NCBI GenBank assembly: GCA_963749915.1
Contig: CAVVOP010000021.1
Span: 640,001 to 704,000, forward strand
Length of the DNA stretch: 64,000 nucleotides
From: an uncultured cyanobacterium
GTDB lineage: Bacteria > Cyanobacteriota > Cyanobacteriia > Cyanobacteriales > Cyanobacteriaceae
Reading direction: 5' to 3'
This document shows positions 47,027-55,031 of the stretch, piece by piece (positions within the stretch are counted from its first letter, which is position 1; each line of letters begins with the position of its first letter). The translations under genes were made by a program, and so were the position numbers. The notes under the pieces were generated by a model that saw nothing but the letters and a program-made list of their open reading frames with translations, searched no databases and was not told the origin of the DNA.

Positions 47027-47270
47027 CTAAACCGGATTTCCGGCACTTTGAAACTCCTCAATGAGTCGATTGATGTTTTCAAATTGTTCATTTCTGTGAG
47101 GGTTACTGCCTGTAGCTTTTGTTTTCTGTGCCCGACGACGACGAAATTTATGCTGCTCTAGTAATTGGTCGATTACGGTTACACTAACTTTCATGTTTTC
47201 TTCATTCCATAGTAAATCAGCTATTTGCTGACAAGTTAAATAAGTCCATCTAATCTCTTCATCCAATGGA
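47027..47270 (-). pseudogene. ISAzo13-family transposase fragment
   Basis: IRWTYLT...IAD-x-L...HRNEQFENI...GNPV. Confidence 0.75.
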
Positions 47271-47474
47271 CTAGAACGAAAGACCCAGAAGGAAAAGGAT
47301 GGTTTAAGGAAAGATTTTTACAGAGAGAAAGACTCTCAAAGGGGGAATAGTAAAGTGAGTTGTTCTCAAAATGAAAGACAAAGTTTTCATATTAGATTAT
47401 TGAACTTTAGTCCTGAATACATAACCCTTTCAGAAAACTTTTTTTCTACCAAATCTGCCAATGGAAAGGCAAAT

Positions 47475-48029
47475 CTAACTTTTCACGGCATCTTTTTCGG
47501 TTGACAGGTGTTAGGTGTTAGGGGTTGGGTGTTAGGATTAGGGATTGAGGATAAGCTTTAATAGTTGAACAGTCAAAAAAAACACTTAGAAACTGATGGG
47601 AATACAATCCTATAGAGACTTAAAGGTTTGGCAAACAGGCATGGATTTAGCAGAAGAATGCTACTTAGTTACTCGCAATTTCCCCAAAGAAGAACTTTAC
47701 GGGTTAATTTCTCAGATTCGTCGAGCATCAGCCTCTATTCCCGCCAATGTCGCTGAGGGGCATGGTCGAAAAACCCGAAAAGAATATATACAGTTTTTAT
47801 ACATAGCACAAGGCTCTCTTAAAGAATTAGAAACTCATCTTTTATTGTCGAAAAGGGTAAAGTTAGGAGAGGGGAAAGTCATTGATTCTCTTTTAAATAG
47901 ATGTGAATCCCTCGGAAGATTATTATCAGCATTGATTCGTGCCCTCGAAAACAAAAACTGAATTTTCCCTATCACCCAACCCCTAACACCCAAACCCTTT
48001 CTCAGGGAAAAGATACCGTGAAAAGTCAG
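47475..48029 (+). mobile_element. 555-bp non-autonomous TIR element carrying a four-helix-bundle gene (copy 2)
   Basis: Same TIRs as copy 1; target duplication AAAGGCAAAT at 47465-47474 and 48030-48039; empty sites at ~48670, ~49326 and ~49982. Confidence 0.95.
47596..47961 (+). CDS. Four helix bundle protein
   Basis: Protein identical to 317-682. Confidence 0.93.
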   Translation: MGIQSYRDLKVWQTGMDLAEECYLVTRNFPKEELYGLISQIRRASASIPANVAEGHGRKTRKEYIQFLYIAQGSLKELETHLLLSKRVKLGEGKVIDSLLNRCESLGRLLSALIRALENKN

Positions 48030-48071
48030 AAAGGCAAATTAGTCCTGGAGTTAGAATTTTAATTTTATCGG

Positions 48072-48100
48072 GGAACTTTTTGCCAGACTTGTGAGTCCAA
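48072..48100 (+). promoter_or_regulatory. ECF sigma-type promoter
   Basis: GGAACTT-N16-GTCCAA. Confidence 0.6.
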
Positions 48101-48153
48101 ACAATAAATCAATTTAATTCTCCCTAAAAAAAAGAGGAGAAAAGGAAAAAACA

Positions 48154-48543
48154 ATGAAAAACTTATTTATCGCTTCGGGTTTAACTTTAGTTACCGCTTT
48201 GACTATGTCAACTTCTAGCGTATTGGGACAAACACAAATTGATACTGGTACAAAGGCACCAGCACCTGTAACTACTGGAGTAGGGGGTGATGATGGCACA
48301 GTGATCGAATCCGACATGGTCACCATTGTCACTGGAGATGGAAACCGCTCAACTCAAAGAGTTAATATCACTAGCTCCAGACAACGCTATTTTGACGCTC
48401 CGGGCAACGATGGAACCGTAATCCGTAGCTACGTTGATTGTGATGTTATGGGTAACGATAATGTCTGTGAACAATATAAAGTAATCAAGACTACCACGGT
48501 AAGAGGACAAAGACCCGTCAGAACTGACCGCAATAACCGTTAA
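48154..48543 (+). CDS. Secreted protein with curlin-like motifs (paralog 1)
   Basis: Sec signal peptide (VLG-Q); VTGDGNRSTQ and VMGNDNVCEQ; GAGGAG RBS. Confidence 0.8.
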   Translation: MKNLFIASGLTLVTALTMSTSSVLGQTQIDTGTKAPAPVTTGVGGDDGTVIESDMVTIVTGDGNRSTQRVNITSSRQRYFDAPGNDGTVIRSYVDCDVMGNDNVCEQYKVIKTTTVRGQRPVRTDRNNR

Positions 48544-48711
48544 TTCCATAAATAAATGTCGGTAGAGGGAAAACTTTTTTTGTCAAGGGCATAAATGGCC
48601 TCTTTGACTCTAATTCCGAAAGACATCGACCTTTGGGAAAACTTTTCTCTCTGCTGAATCTGCCAATGGAAAGGCAAATTAGTCCTGAAATTAAAATTTT
48701 AATTTTCTGGG

Positions 48712-48740
48712 GGAACTTTTTGCCTTATGGGTAAGTCTGA
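48712..48740 (+). promoter_or_regulatory. ECF sigma-type promoter
   Basis: GGAACTT-N16-GTCTGA. Confidence 0.65.
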
Positions 48741-48794
48741 ACAACAAATCAATTTGATTCTCCATGTAAAAAAATAGGAAACAAAGAAAAAACA

Positions 48795-49199
48795 ATGAAA
48801 AACTTATTTATCGCTTCTGGTTTAGCCCTAGTTACTGCTCTTAGTCTGTCAACCCCTAGCGTACTAGGACAAACGGGAGGAAGTGATCCAGTGATGAAAC
48901 CCGAGGTCATGAACCCCGACCCCGACATGGGAAGAACAGGAGGAGATGATGGCACAGTGATCGAATCCGACATGGTCACTATTATCACTGGAGATGGAAA
49001 CCGCTCAACTCAAAGAGTTAATATCACTAGCTCCAGACAACGCTATTTTGACGCTCCGGGCAACGATGGAACCGTAATCCGTAGCTACGTTGATTGTGAT
49101 GTTATGGGTAACGATAATGTCTGTGAACAATATAAAGTAATCAAGACTACCACGGTAAGAGGACAAAGACCCGTCAGAACTGACCGCAATAACCGTTAA
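48795..49199 (+). CDS. Secreted protein with curlin-like motifs (paralog 2)
   Basis: Same core as paralog 1 with a different mature N-terminus. Confidence 0.8.
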   Translation: MKNLFIASGLALVTALSLSTPSVLGQTGGSDPVMKPEVMNPDPDMGRTGGDDGTVIESDMVTIITGDGNRSTQRVNITSSRQRYFDAPGNDGTVIRSYVDCDVMGNDNVCEQYKVIKTTTVRGQRPVRTDRNNR

Positions 49200-49367
49200 T
49201 TCCATAAATAAATGTCGGTAGAGGGAAAACTTTTTTTGTCAAGGGCATAAATGGCCTCTTTGACTCTAATTCCGAAAGACATCGACCTTTGGGAAAACTT
49301 TTCTCTCTACTGAATCTGCCAATGGAAAGGCAAATTAGTCCTGAAATTAAAATTTTAATTTTCTGGG

Positions 49368-49396
49368 GGAACTTTTTGCCTTATGGGTAAGTCTGA
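49368..49396 (+). promoter_or_regulatory. ECF sigma-type promoter
   Basis: GGAACTT-N16-GTCTGA. Confidence 0.65.
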
Positions 49397-49450
49397 ACAA
49401 CAAATCAATTTGATTCTCCATGTAAAAAAATAGGAAACAAAGAAAAAACA

Positions 49451-49855
49451 ATGAAAAACTTATTTATCGCTTCTGGTTTAGCCCTAGTTACCGCTCTTAG
49501 TCTGTCAACCCCTAGCGTACTAGGACAAACGGGAGGAAGTGATCCAGTGATGAAACCCGAGGTCATGAACCCCGACCCCGACATGGGAAGAACAGGAGGA
49601 GATGATGGCACAGTGATCGAATCCGACATGGTCACTATTATCACTGGAGATGGAAACCGCTCAACTCAAAGAGTTAATATCACTAGCTCCAGACAACGCT
49701 ATTTTGACGCTCCGGGCAACGATGGAACCGTAATCCGTAGCTACGTTGATTGTGATGTTATGGGTAACGATAATGTCTGTGAACAATATAAAGTAATCAA
49801 GACTACCACGGTAAGAGGACAAAGACCCGTCAGAACTGACCGCAATAACCGTTAA
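49451..49855 (+). CDS. Secreted protein with curlin-like motifs (paralog 3)
   Basis: Protein identical to paralog 2. Confidence 0.8.
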   Translation: MKNLFIASGLALVTALSLSTPSVLGQTGGSDPVMKPEVMNPDPDMGRTGGDDGTVIESDMVTIITGDGNRSTQRVNITSSRQRYFDAPGNDGTVIRSYVDCDVMGNDNVCEQYKVIKTTTVRGQRPVRTDRNNR

Positions 49856-50023
49856 TTCCATAAATAAATGTCGGTAGAGGGAAAACTTTTTTTGTCAAGG
49901 GCATAAATGGCCTCTTTGACTCTAATTCCGAAAGACATCGACCTTTGGGAAAACTTTTCTCTCTACTGAATCTGCCAATGGAAAGGCAAATTAGTCCTGA
50001 AATTAAAATTTTAATTTTCCAGA

Positions 50024-50052
50024 GGAACTTTTTACCTTATTTGTAAGTCTAA
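50024..50052 (+). promoter_or_regulatory. ECF sigma-type promoter
   Basis: GGAACTT-N16-GTCTAA. Confidence 0.65.
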
Positions 50053-50061
50053 CAATCAATA

Positions 50062-50243
50062 GGGCCTGCTGAACAAGTCCAAAATCCTTATAGGGAAAGG
50101 CTGTTAAAAAACGCCGCAAAATAGGATTTTCGGGAAAAAACGGACACTCAACACCAATTTATTTAGTAAAACACCAAAATTAAAAGGCATCAAAACTGTC
50201 TTCTATTCACCGTTTCCATGATAACACTTTTTTCAGCGACCGC
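50062..50243. mobile_element. Probable MITE in the 5' leader of 50285
   Basis: Imperfect ends GGGCCTGCTGAA / TTCAGCGACCGC flanked by TA; it interrupts the leader that is continuous in the other three units. Confidence 0.55.
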
Positions 50244-50284
50244 TAAATAAATTTAATTCTCCATCCAAAAAAAAATAGCAGAGT

Positions 50285-50734
50285 ATGAACATGAATAAAA
50301 AAAAATTAACTCCATTTATTAGTATCCCCTTTATGGTAATGGGGATAAGTTCTTTCCTCCCACCTTCGGCTTTAGCACAAGGTTTAAGGCCGGGTAATAT
50401 TATTGTTACCCCTGATATCTGTGTTAATACTACGGGGGGGACTTGTACAAGTGGTACAATCATTGTCGATGATGGTACTTGTAAAAGAAATGTGGTTGTA
50501 CAATCTTCCGTTATTACGGCTACAGGGGACAGTAAAACGGATGCACGATCAACAAAGATTGTCAGTATCGGCGGTTGTGTTTCCGATGATGATGGTTCGA
50601 CTGCAACGGTAATTGCTAATCCTCAAATTATGGTCACACCAAGAAAACCATCGGTGATAGTACCACCAAAATCGCCGACTCCACCAACTATGGTCAGCCC
50701 TGAGGATGTTATGCCTCGTAATATGCCCCGCTAA
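50285..50734 (+). CDS. Secreted hypothetical protein (4 Cys, Pro-rich tail)
   Basis: Signal peptide ending ALA-Q; beta-rich composition. Confidence 0.7.
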   Translation: MNMNKKKLTPFISIPFMVMGISSFLPPSALAQGLRPGNIIVTPDICVNTTGGTCTSGTIIVDDGTCKRNVVVQSSVITATGDSKTDARSTKIVSIGGCVSDDDGSTATVIANPQIMVTPRKPSVIVPPKSPTPPTMVSPEDVMPRNMPR

Positions 50735-50747
50735 TGAGAAAATAATT

Positions 50748-51110
50748 ATGATACCGATAAAATCTCTAATTTTGGGAACGACTTTACTGGGATTGACTTG
50801 TTTAAATGTCAATGCTCAGATTAGAGTACAGTCTCCTAATAGTGGTATCAAAACTCATCCCTCTGGTGGGATGAATATTTATACTCCTAACTCGGCTGTA
50901 GATTTTCAGGGCGATCGCATAATTATCAGAAATGGAGATAATTTTTATTTTCATCCCAACAACCATCATCCAAGGAGTAATACAAGGAGAGATTTTTATG
51001 GAGAGGACGAGTCTCAAAGAGTGACTTGTTCCCAAAATGAAAGACAAAGTGTTCGTATTAGGGGATCTAATCAGCGAGTACAACAACGTATTTACTCTGA
51101 TTGTGAATAA
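50748..51110 (+). CDS. Secreted hypothetical protein
   Basis: Signal peptide ending VNA-Q; Q/N/R-rich C-terminus with a Cys pair. Confidence 0.7.
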   Translation: MIPIKSLILGTTLLGLTCLNVNAQIRVQSPNSGIKTHPSGGMNIYTPNSAVDFQGDRIIIRNGDNFYFHPNNHHPRSNTRRDFYGEDESQRVTCSQNERQSVRIRGSNQRVQQRIYSDCE

Positions 51111-51152
51111 TATTCTTAATAATAAAGTGCTTATCTGAAGAGGTTAATTATC

Positions 51153-51635
51153 ATGTTTATTCTTAAATCATATTGGATGCCTAAACCACTCGTGATAAAA
51201 TCGATTGCTGGTGTTTTTCTGTCGTTAAGTCCATTTTTGCATAGTTCCGCCATAGCTCAAAGTACAAATTATCCCTTGATAAGTCAAAATAATGTGGTGC
51301 AACAAACCCAAGAAGATTATATAAATATCAGAGTTGCTGATTTAAGTAAAGTCAACACCCTCACTATCGCCAAAATCAATAATTTGAATGAGGGTAATTT
51401 GACAGGAGAAATAAAAATTAATGGCCAAAAAATTCAGGATCTAAAAGGTAATGAAACTAATATTAATTTATCTCCTCAACTTAAAAAAGGAATAAATAGA
51501 GTGGAGGTAATAGGACAGTATAATCCAGTTAGTTCCTCTGTCAAAATTGAATTTTCTGGTTCTTCCACTTCTATTAGTCAAGTTACTAGCGGTGGTGATG
51601 CATTAAATTATAATCTAGTTATCAGCGTTGAATAA
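51153..51635 (+). CDS. Secreted hypothetical beta-rich protein
   Basis: Signal peptide ending AIA-Q; GAGG RBS. Confidence 0.75.
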   Translation: MFILKSYWMPKPLVIKSIAGVFLSLSPFLHSSAIAQSTNYPLISQNNVVQQTQEDYINIRVADLSKVNTLTIAKINNLNEGNLTGEIKINGQKIQDLKGNETNINLSPQLKKGINRVEVIGQYNPVSSSVKIEFSGSSTSISQVTSGGDALNYNLVISVE

Positions 51636-51904
51636 TAGTTGTAAAAACTTTATCAAAAAACTTTATCAAACTTATCAAAGTACGAGTTTTTAAAAAGGGA
51701 GTTGCATAAAAATAAAATACCAGTTAAAGAAGTTCTAGCCAAAATAGGGTAATAACTTAAATGGTATATTTTTCCGTTGCAAGTCCCTAATTTTTTTCAG
51801 CATTTATGTTATATTTTTATTGATAATTACAAATTTTGATAAAAGTTAAGCTATCTTTTATGTTTATTATTAGTAATAAAAGATTAATTTAACTATCTTA
51901 CGCT

Positions 51905-54694
51905 ATGCCATTATCTCCAAAAGCCATTCCTCAATTAATTATTCAAGAAGTCGATATTCGTGATGGTATTGAAAATAATATTACTCAAACCATTAACCAA
52001 AATATCACTGTTTATGTGTTAAAATCCCCGTCTATTCCCGATATTAAGGGTGTTCAGGGATTTATTCAAACAGATACTGGCGATAATAATGAAGTTACTC
52101 AGGATATTACTCAAACAATGGGTAATTTTCCTTTATTTTCTAATTATTATAGTCTGGCTAGTTCTGATCCTATTGACACTCGAAATATTAGTTTAGACTT
52201 TCAAGAATTTATTAATAATGATGATATTTTAAGAACTCTTCAGTTTGAAAATCAGCGAGTATTTATCGAAGGAGATGAGGATGATGTTGATCTTTTTTCT
52301 GAGCAAATAATTTATGATCTTTCTTGGTATGAAAAATTGATTTCTGACCCAGATTATTATCTTGATAAAAATATTGATCTGGACTCGTTTTTAAAAGATT
52401 TTGTTGGTGATTTTTTAGTAGATGGTATTCAAGTTGCTGTTCAAGATTTAGTTGTAGATGGTAATAATAATGATATTGTTCAGTCCATAAATCAAACTTT
52501 TTCTACATTTATTTTTCTTGATGATAGTTTCACTTTTGAACCTAGTGATCTCTCTAATTTAGATCCGATTCAGTTTCTTTTTCAAGAAAGTTTCGCCGAT
52601 ACAGAAAATAATAGTATCAATCAAACCGTTAATCAAAATATTAACTTTAACTTTACCTTCGCTGATCCTAATCTTAATTCTTCATTAACCCAGTCTGATG
52701 GGGTCGAAATAACCGATCCTCAGTTCGATATTGATAATTTTATCTTCCCCATTTTAGATAATACTGTACCAGATTCGGATCTGTTTGAAAATCATCAAGT
52801 TTCGGCTAATACAAGAAGTTCGCAAATTACCGATATATTGGGGAATCAAAATACGGATACAAAATCTAGTAGCCAAATTATTTTACTTACCCCAGAAGGC
52901 ACAGCAGTTTTAGATGATCCTGATGACGATATTTTTGATGATTCTTTAAGTAATCTTTTTAGCGAACTTCAAACATTAGTTTTAACGGGAAATGAAAATG
53001 AAGTTACTCAAGATAATTTAGGTGATTTATTTGAGCAAATTCTTGACAGTCAACCTTCCCAAATTTTAGTTTCCAATCCCATAGTAAATGAAGCCGAAAA
53101 TGTTGTTGAATTTACCATCGAACGTTTTGGAGATTTAAGCCGATATGTAAAAATTCAGTATATTACCGAAGATGGTTTAGCTAAGGCTGGATTTGACTAT
53201 TTACCGATTGTTGGGCAAGTTATTTTTACTCCCAATGAAGTTACAAAAACTGTTCAAGTACCTCTTCATAATAGTTCTGAAAATTCGGGGGAATTTAATT
53301 TACTAACTAAAGTTATACGAGAAAGTAATGAAGTTGTTACAGGAGAGTTTAGTCTTTACGGAGATTCAGGCAATGGAGAAATTCCCGTGTGGAGTTATGA
53401 CAAATCTCTCACCGGAGATAGTTTAACTGATGGTTATTTAGGTTTTGATGTAACTACAACTGATAATATTATCGATGTTCAACTTTTTTTAGATGGTGTT
53501 AAAAATGTCAATAGTTATTTTATTTTTAATCCGGAAATTAATCAATATCAGGAGTTTATTTATGATGGTTTAACAGGGGCAAGATTTTTTACCGATAATC
53601 TAAATGATCAAGTTGAAGGGACTATTTTAAGATTAGAAAATGGCGGGAATGGGGATCTTGATTCTTCAGAAAATATCATTGCCAATAAAGGATTTTTTGC
53701 TCGTACAACTCCTGGATTATTTAGCAACAATGGACAGACATTCTTTATTCCTACTCCTTCTGATGGATGGTTACAATCACGCTTAATTAATGCCCCTAAT
53801 AATAGTTATGAGGTGGGTTTGATTGCTGTTGATGATGTTGATGGAAAAATCGGGTCGTTAAATCCCACTGATTTGGGTTATGAAGAGGCGGCGATGGCAC
53901 GAAAAACCATATTATTCGAAAATCAAGATTCTGCCGCAACCCAAGCATTAACTCAGGAGGTGGCAAGGCAAAGTTTTACCAATCCAACAGCATTGGCAGA
54001 AGGGGAAACTACTTTTTTCGGAGATTTACAAAATTCTACGCTTCCGGGTGACGGCTACTATATGCTTTATCTGGAAAATGACGGTGAAATAAGTTTTCCT
54101 GTGGATGCACCTTTAAATATCCTCAGTGAGGGTAGAGGTTATCATCAAATCTCTTTCAATGATTTAACCCTAGAAGTTTCCACGAATACACTGGTGACAC
54201 CATCTTCATTTAATCAGCCTGTAACTGTTAACATTAGTCGTGCAGGGACTTACAATAATATGTTAGCACTTTTTTCGGTAGATACTTTCGAGGGAGGAAT
54301 CGATACCAATGGGGATAGCTTGATTGACGTCAGACCTGGCGATGGAGATTACGCAAGGATAGCCTTAGAAAGGGCAAAAGATCCTTTGAAAGGAACAACT
54401 TTAACCATGCCTGACACTTTTTTGAGTACAACTACTCAAGAAATTACCCTTGAAGAAAACAGTATCTACGGATTTGCGTTAATTCCTAATGCCACTGTTG
54501 ATGATGTGTTGAATAACAATCCTAGCAACGATTTATTCTCAGATTTTGTGGCGTTATTTTCCTTTGGGACGGCTAATCCTGATGGAATAAATCACACAAC
54601 ACGATTAGGCAGTAATTTGTTTGGTTTTGAGGATATATTGGGGGGCGGAGATCTGGATTATAATGATGTAATCTTAGAGTTTAATTTTTCTTAG
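51905..54694 (+). CDS. Large acidic surface/secreted protein: curlin-like repeats, Calx-beta, C-terminal DUF4114
   Basis: YITEDGLAKAGFDY...FTPNEVTKTVQV (Calx-beta); FGFEDILGGGDLDYNDVI (DUF4114); N-terminal G-x-x-N-x-x-x-Q motifs. Confidence 0.8.
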   Translation: MPLSPKAIPQLIIQEVDIRDGIENNITQTINQNITVYVLKSPSIPDIKGVQGFIQTDTGDNNEVTQDITQTMGNFPLFSNYYSLASSDPIDTRNISLDFQEFINNDDILRTLQFENQRVFIEGDEDDVDLFSEQIIYDLSWYEKLISDPDYYLDKNIDLDSFLKDFVGDFLVDGIQVAVQDLVVDGNNNDIVQSINQTFSTFIFLDDSFTFEPSDLSNLDPIQFLFQESFADTENNSINQTVNQNINFNFTFADPNLNSSLTQSDGVEITDPQFDIDNFIFPILDNTVPDSDLFENHQVSANTRSSQITDILGNQNTDTKSSSQIILLTPEGTAVLDDPDDDIFDDSLSNLFSELQTLVLTGNENEVTQDNLGDLFEQILDSQPSQILVSNPIVNEAENVVEFTIERFGDLSRYVKIQYITEDGLAKAGFDYLPIVGQVIFTPNEVTKTVQVPLHNSSENSGEFNLLTKVIRESNEVVTGEFSLYGDSGNGEIPVWSYDKSLTGDSLTDGYLGFDVTTTDNIIDVQLFLDGVKNVNSYFIFNPEINQYQEFIYDGLTGARFFTDNLNDQVEGTILRLENGGNGDLDSSENIIANKGFFARTTPGLFSNNGQTFFIPTPSDGWLQSRLINAPNNSYEVGLIAVDDVDGKIGSLNPTDLGYEEAAMARKTILFENQDSAATQALTQEVARQSFTNPTALAEGETTFFGDLQNSTLPGDGYYMLYLENDGEISFPVDAPLNILSEGRGYHQISFNDLTLEVSTNTLVTPSSFNQPVTVNISRAGTYNNMLALFSVDTFEGGIDTNGDSLIDVRPGDGDYARIALERAKDPLKGTTLTMPDTFLSTTTQEITLEENSIYGFALIPNATVDDVLNNNPSNDLFSDFVALFSFGTANPDGINHTTRLGSNLFGFEDILGGGDLDYNDVILEFNFS

Positions 54695-55031
54695 TTTTAA
54701 GTTATAAAATCAGCTCTGAGTTAAACTATTTCCCATCTAAGTTATCCGTGAAGAAAGGTAATAGGCAACAGGCAAAAAAAATAAGAGGTTTAGCCTTTTT
54801 CAACTAATTCTGAATAACTAGTTTGAATGCGTCTATTCCCCCTTGAGAGGCAATTTTTTTGGTAATTACGAATTGTTGAGTAGGGTATTCCCCCTTAAAT
54901 ATTCCTAGTTAAAATTTTATAATAAATTGTGTTAATAAATGTAATTTTGCCCTCCTGAATTAAGTCAGATGAGTTAGGTATTTATTATTCACACTTATTG
55001 TATAGAATTATATAGGATTATATAGAAGAAA

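Larger units (their letters stand above)
48030..50055 (+). repeat. Tandem array of three ~650-bp gene units plus a fourth promoter
   Basis: Start codons at 48154, 48795 and 49451 (periods 641 and 656 bp); units 2 and 3 are near-identical. Confidence 0.95.

Noticed and set aside
48114..49861. Repeated minus-strand ORFs of 66-79 aa
   Set aside because: Antisense shadows of the secreted-protein genes, repeated only because the DNA is repeated.
47596..49990. Diversity-generating retroelement (Avd-like gene next to repeats)
   Set aside because: No reverse transcriptase in the window, repeat differences are not adenine-specific, and the four-helix gene arrived by insertion.
48030..50055. CRISPR array
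   Set aside because: Units are ~650 bp and protein-coding; there is no short repeat-spacer pattern or cas gene anywhere in the window.
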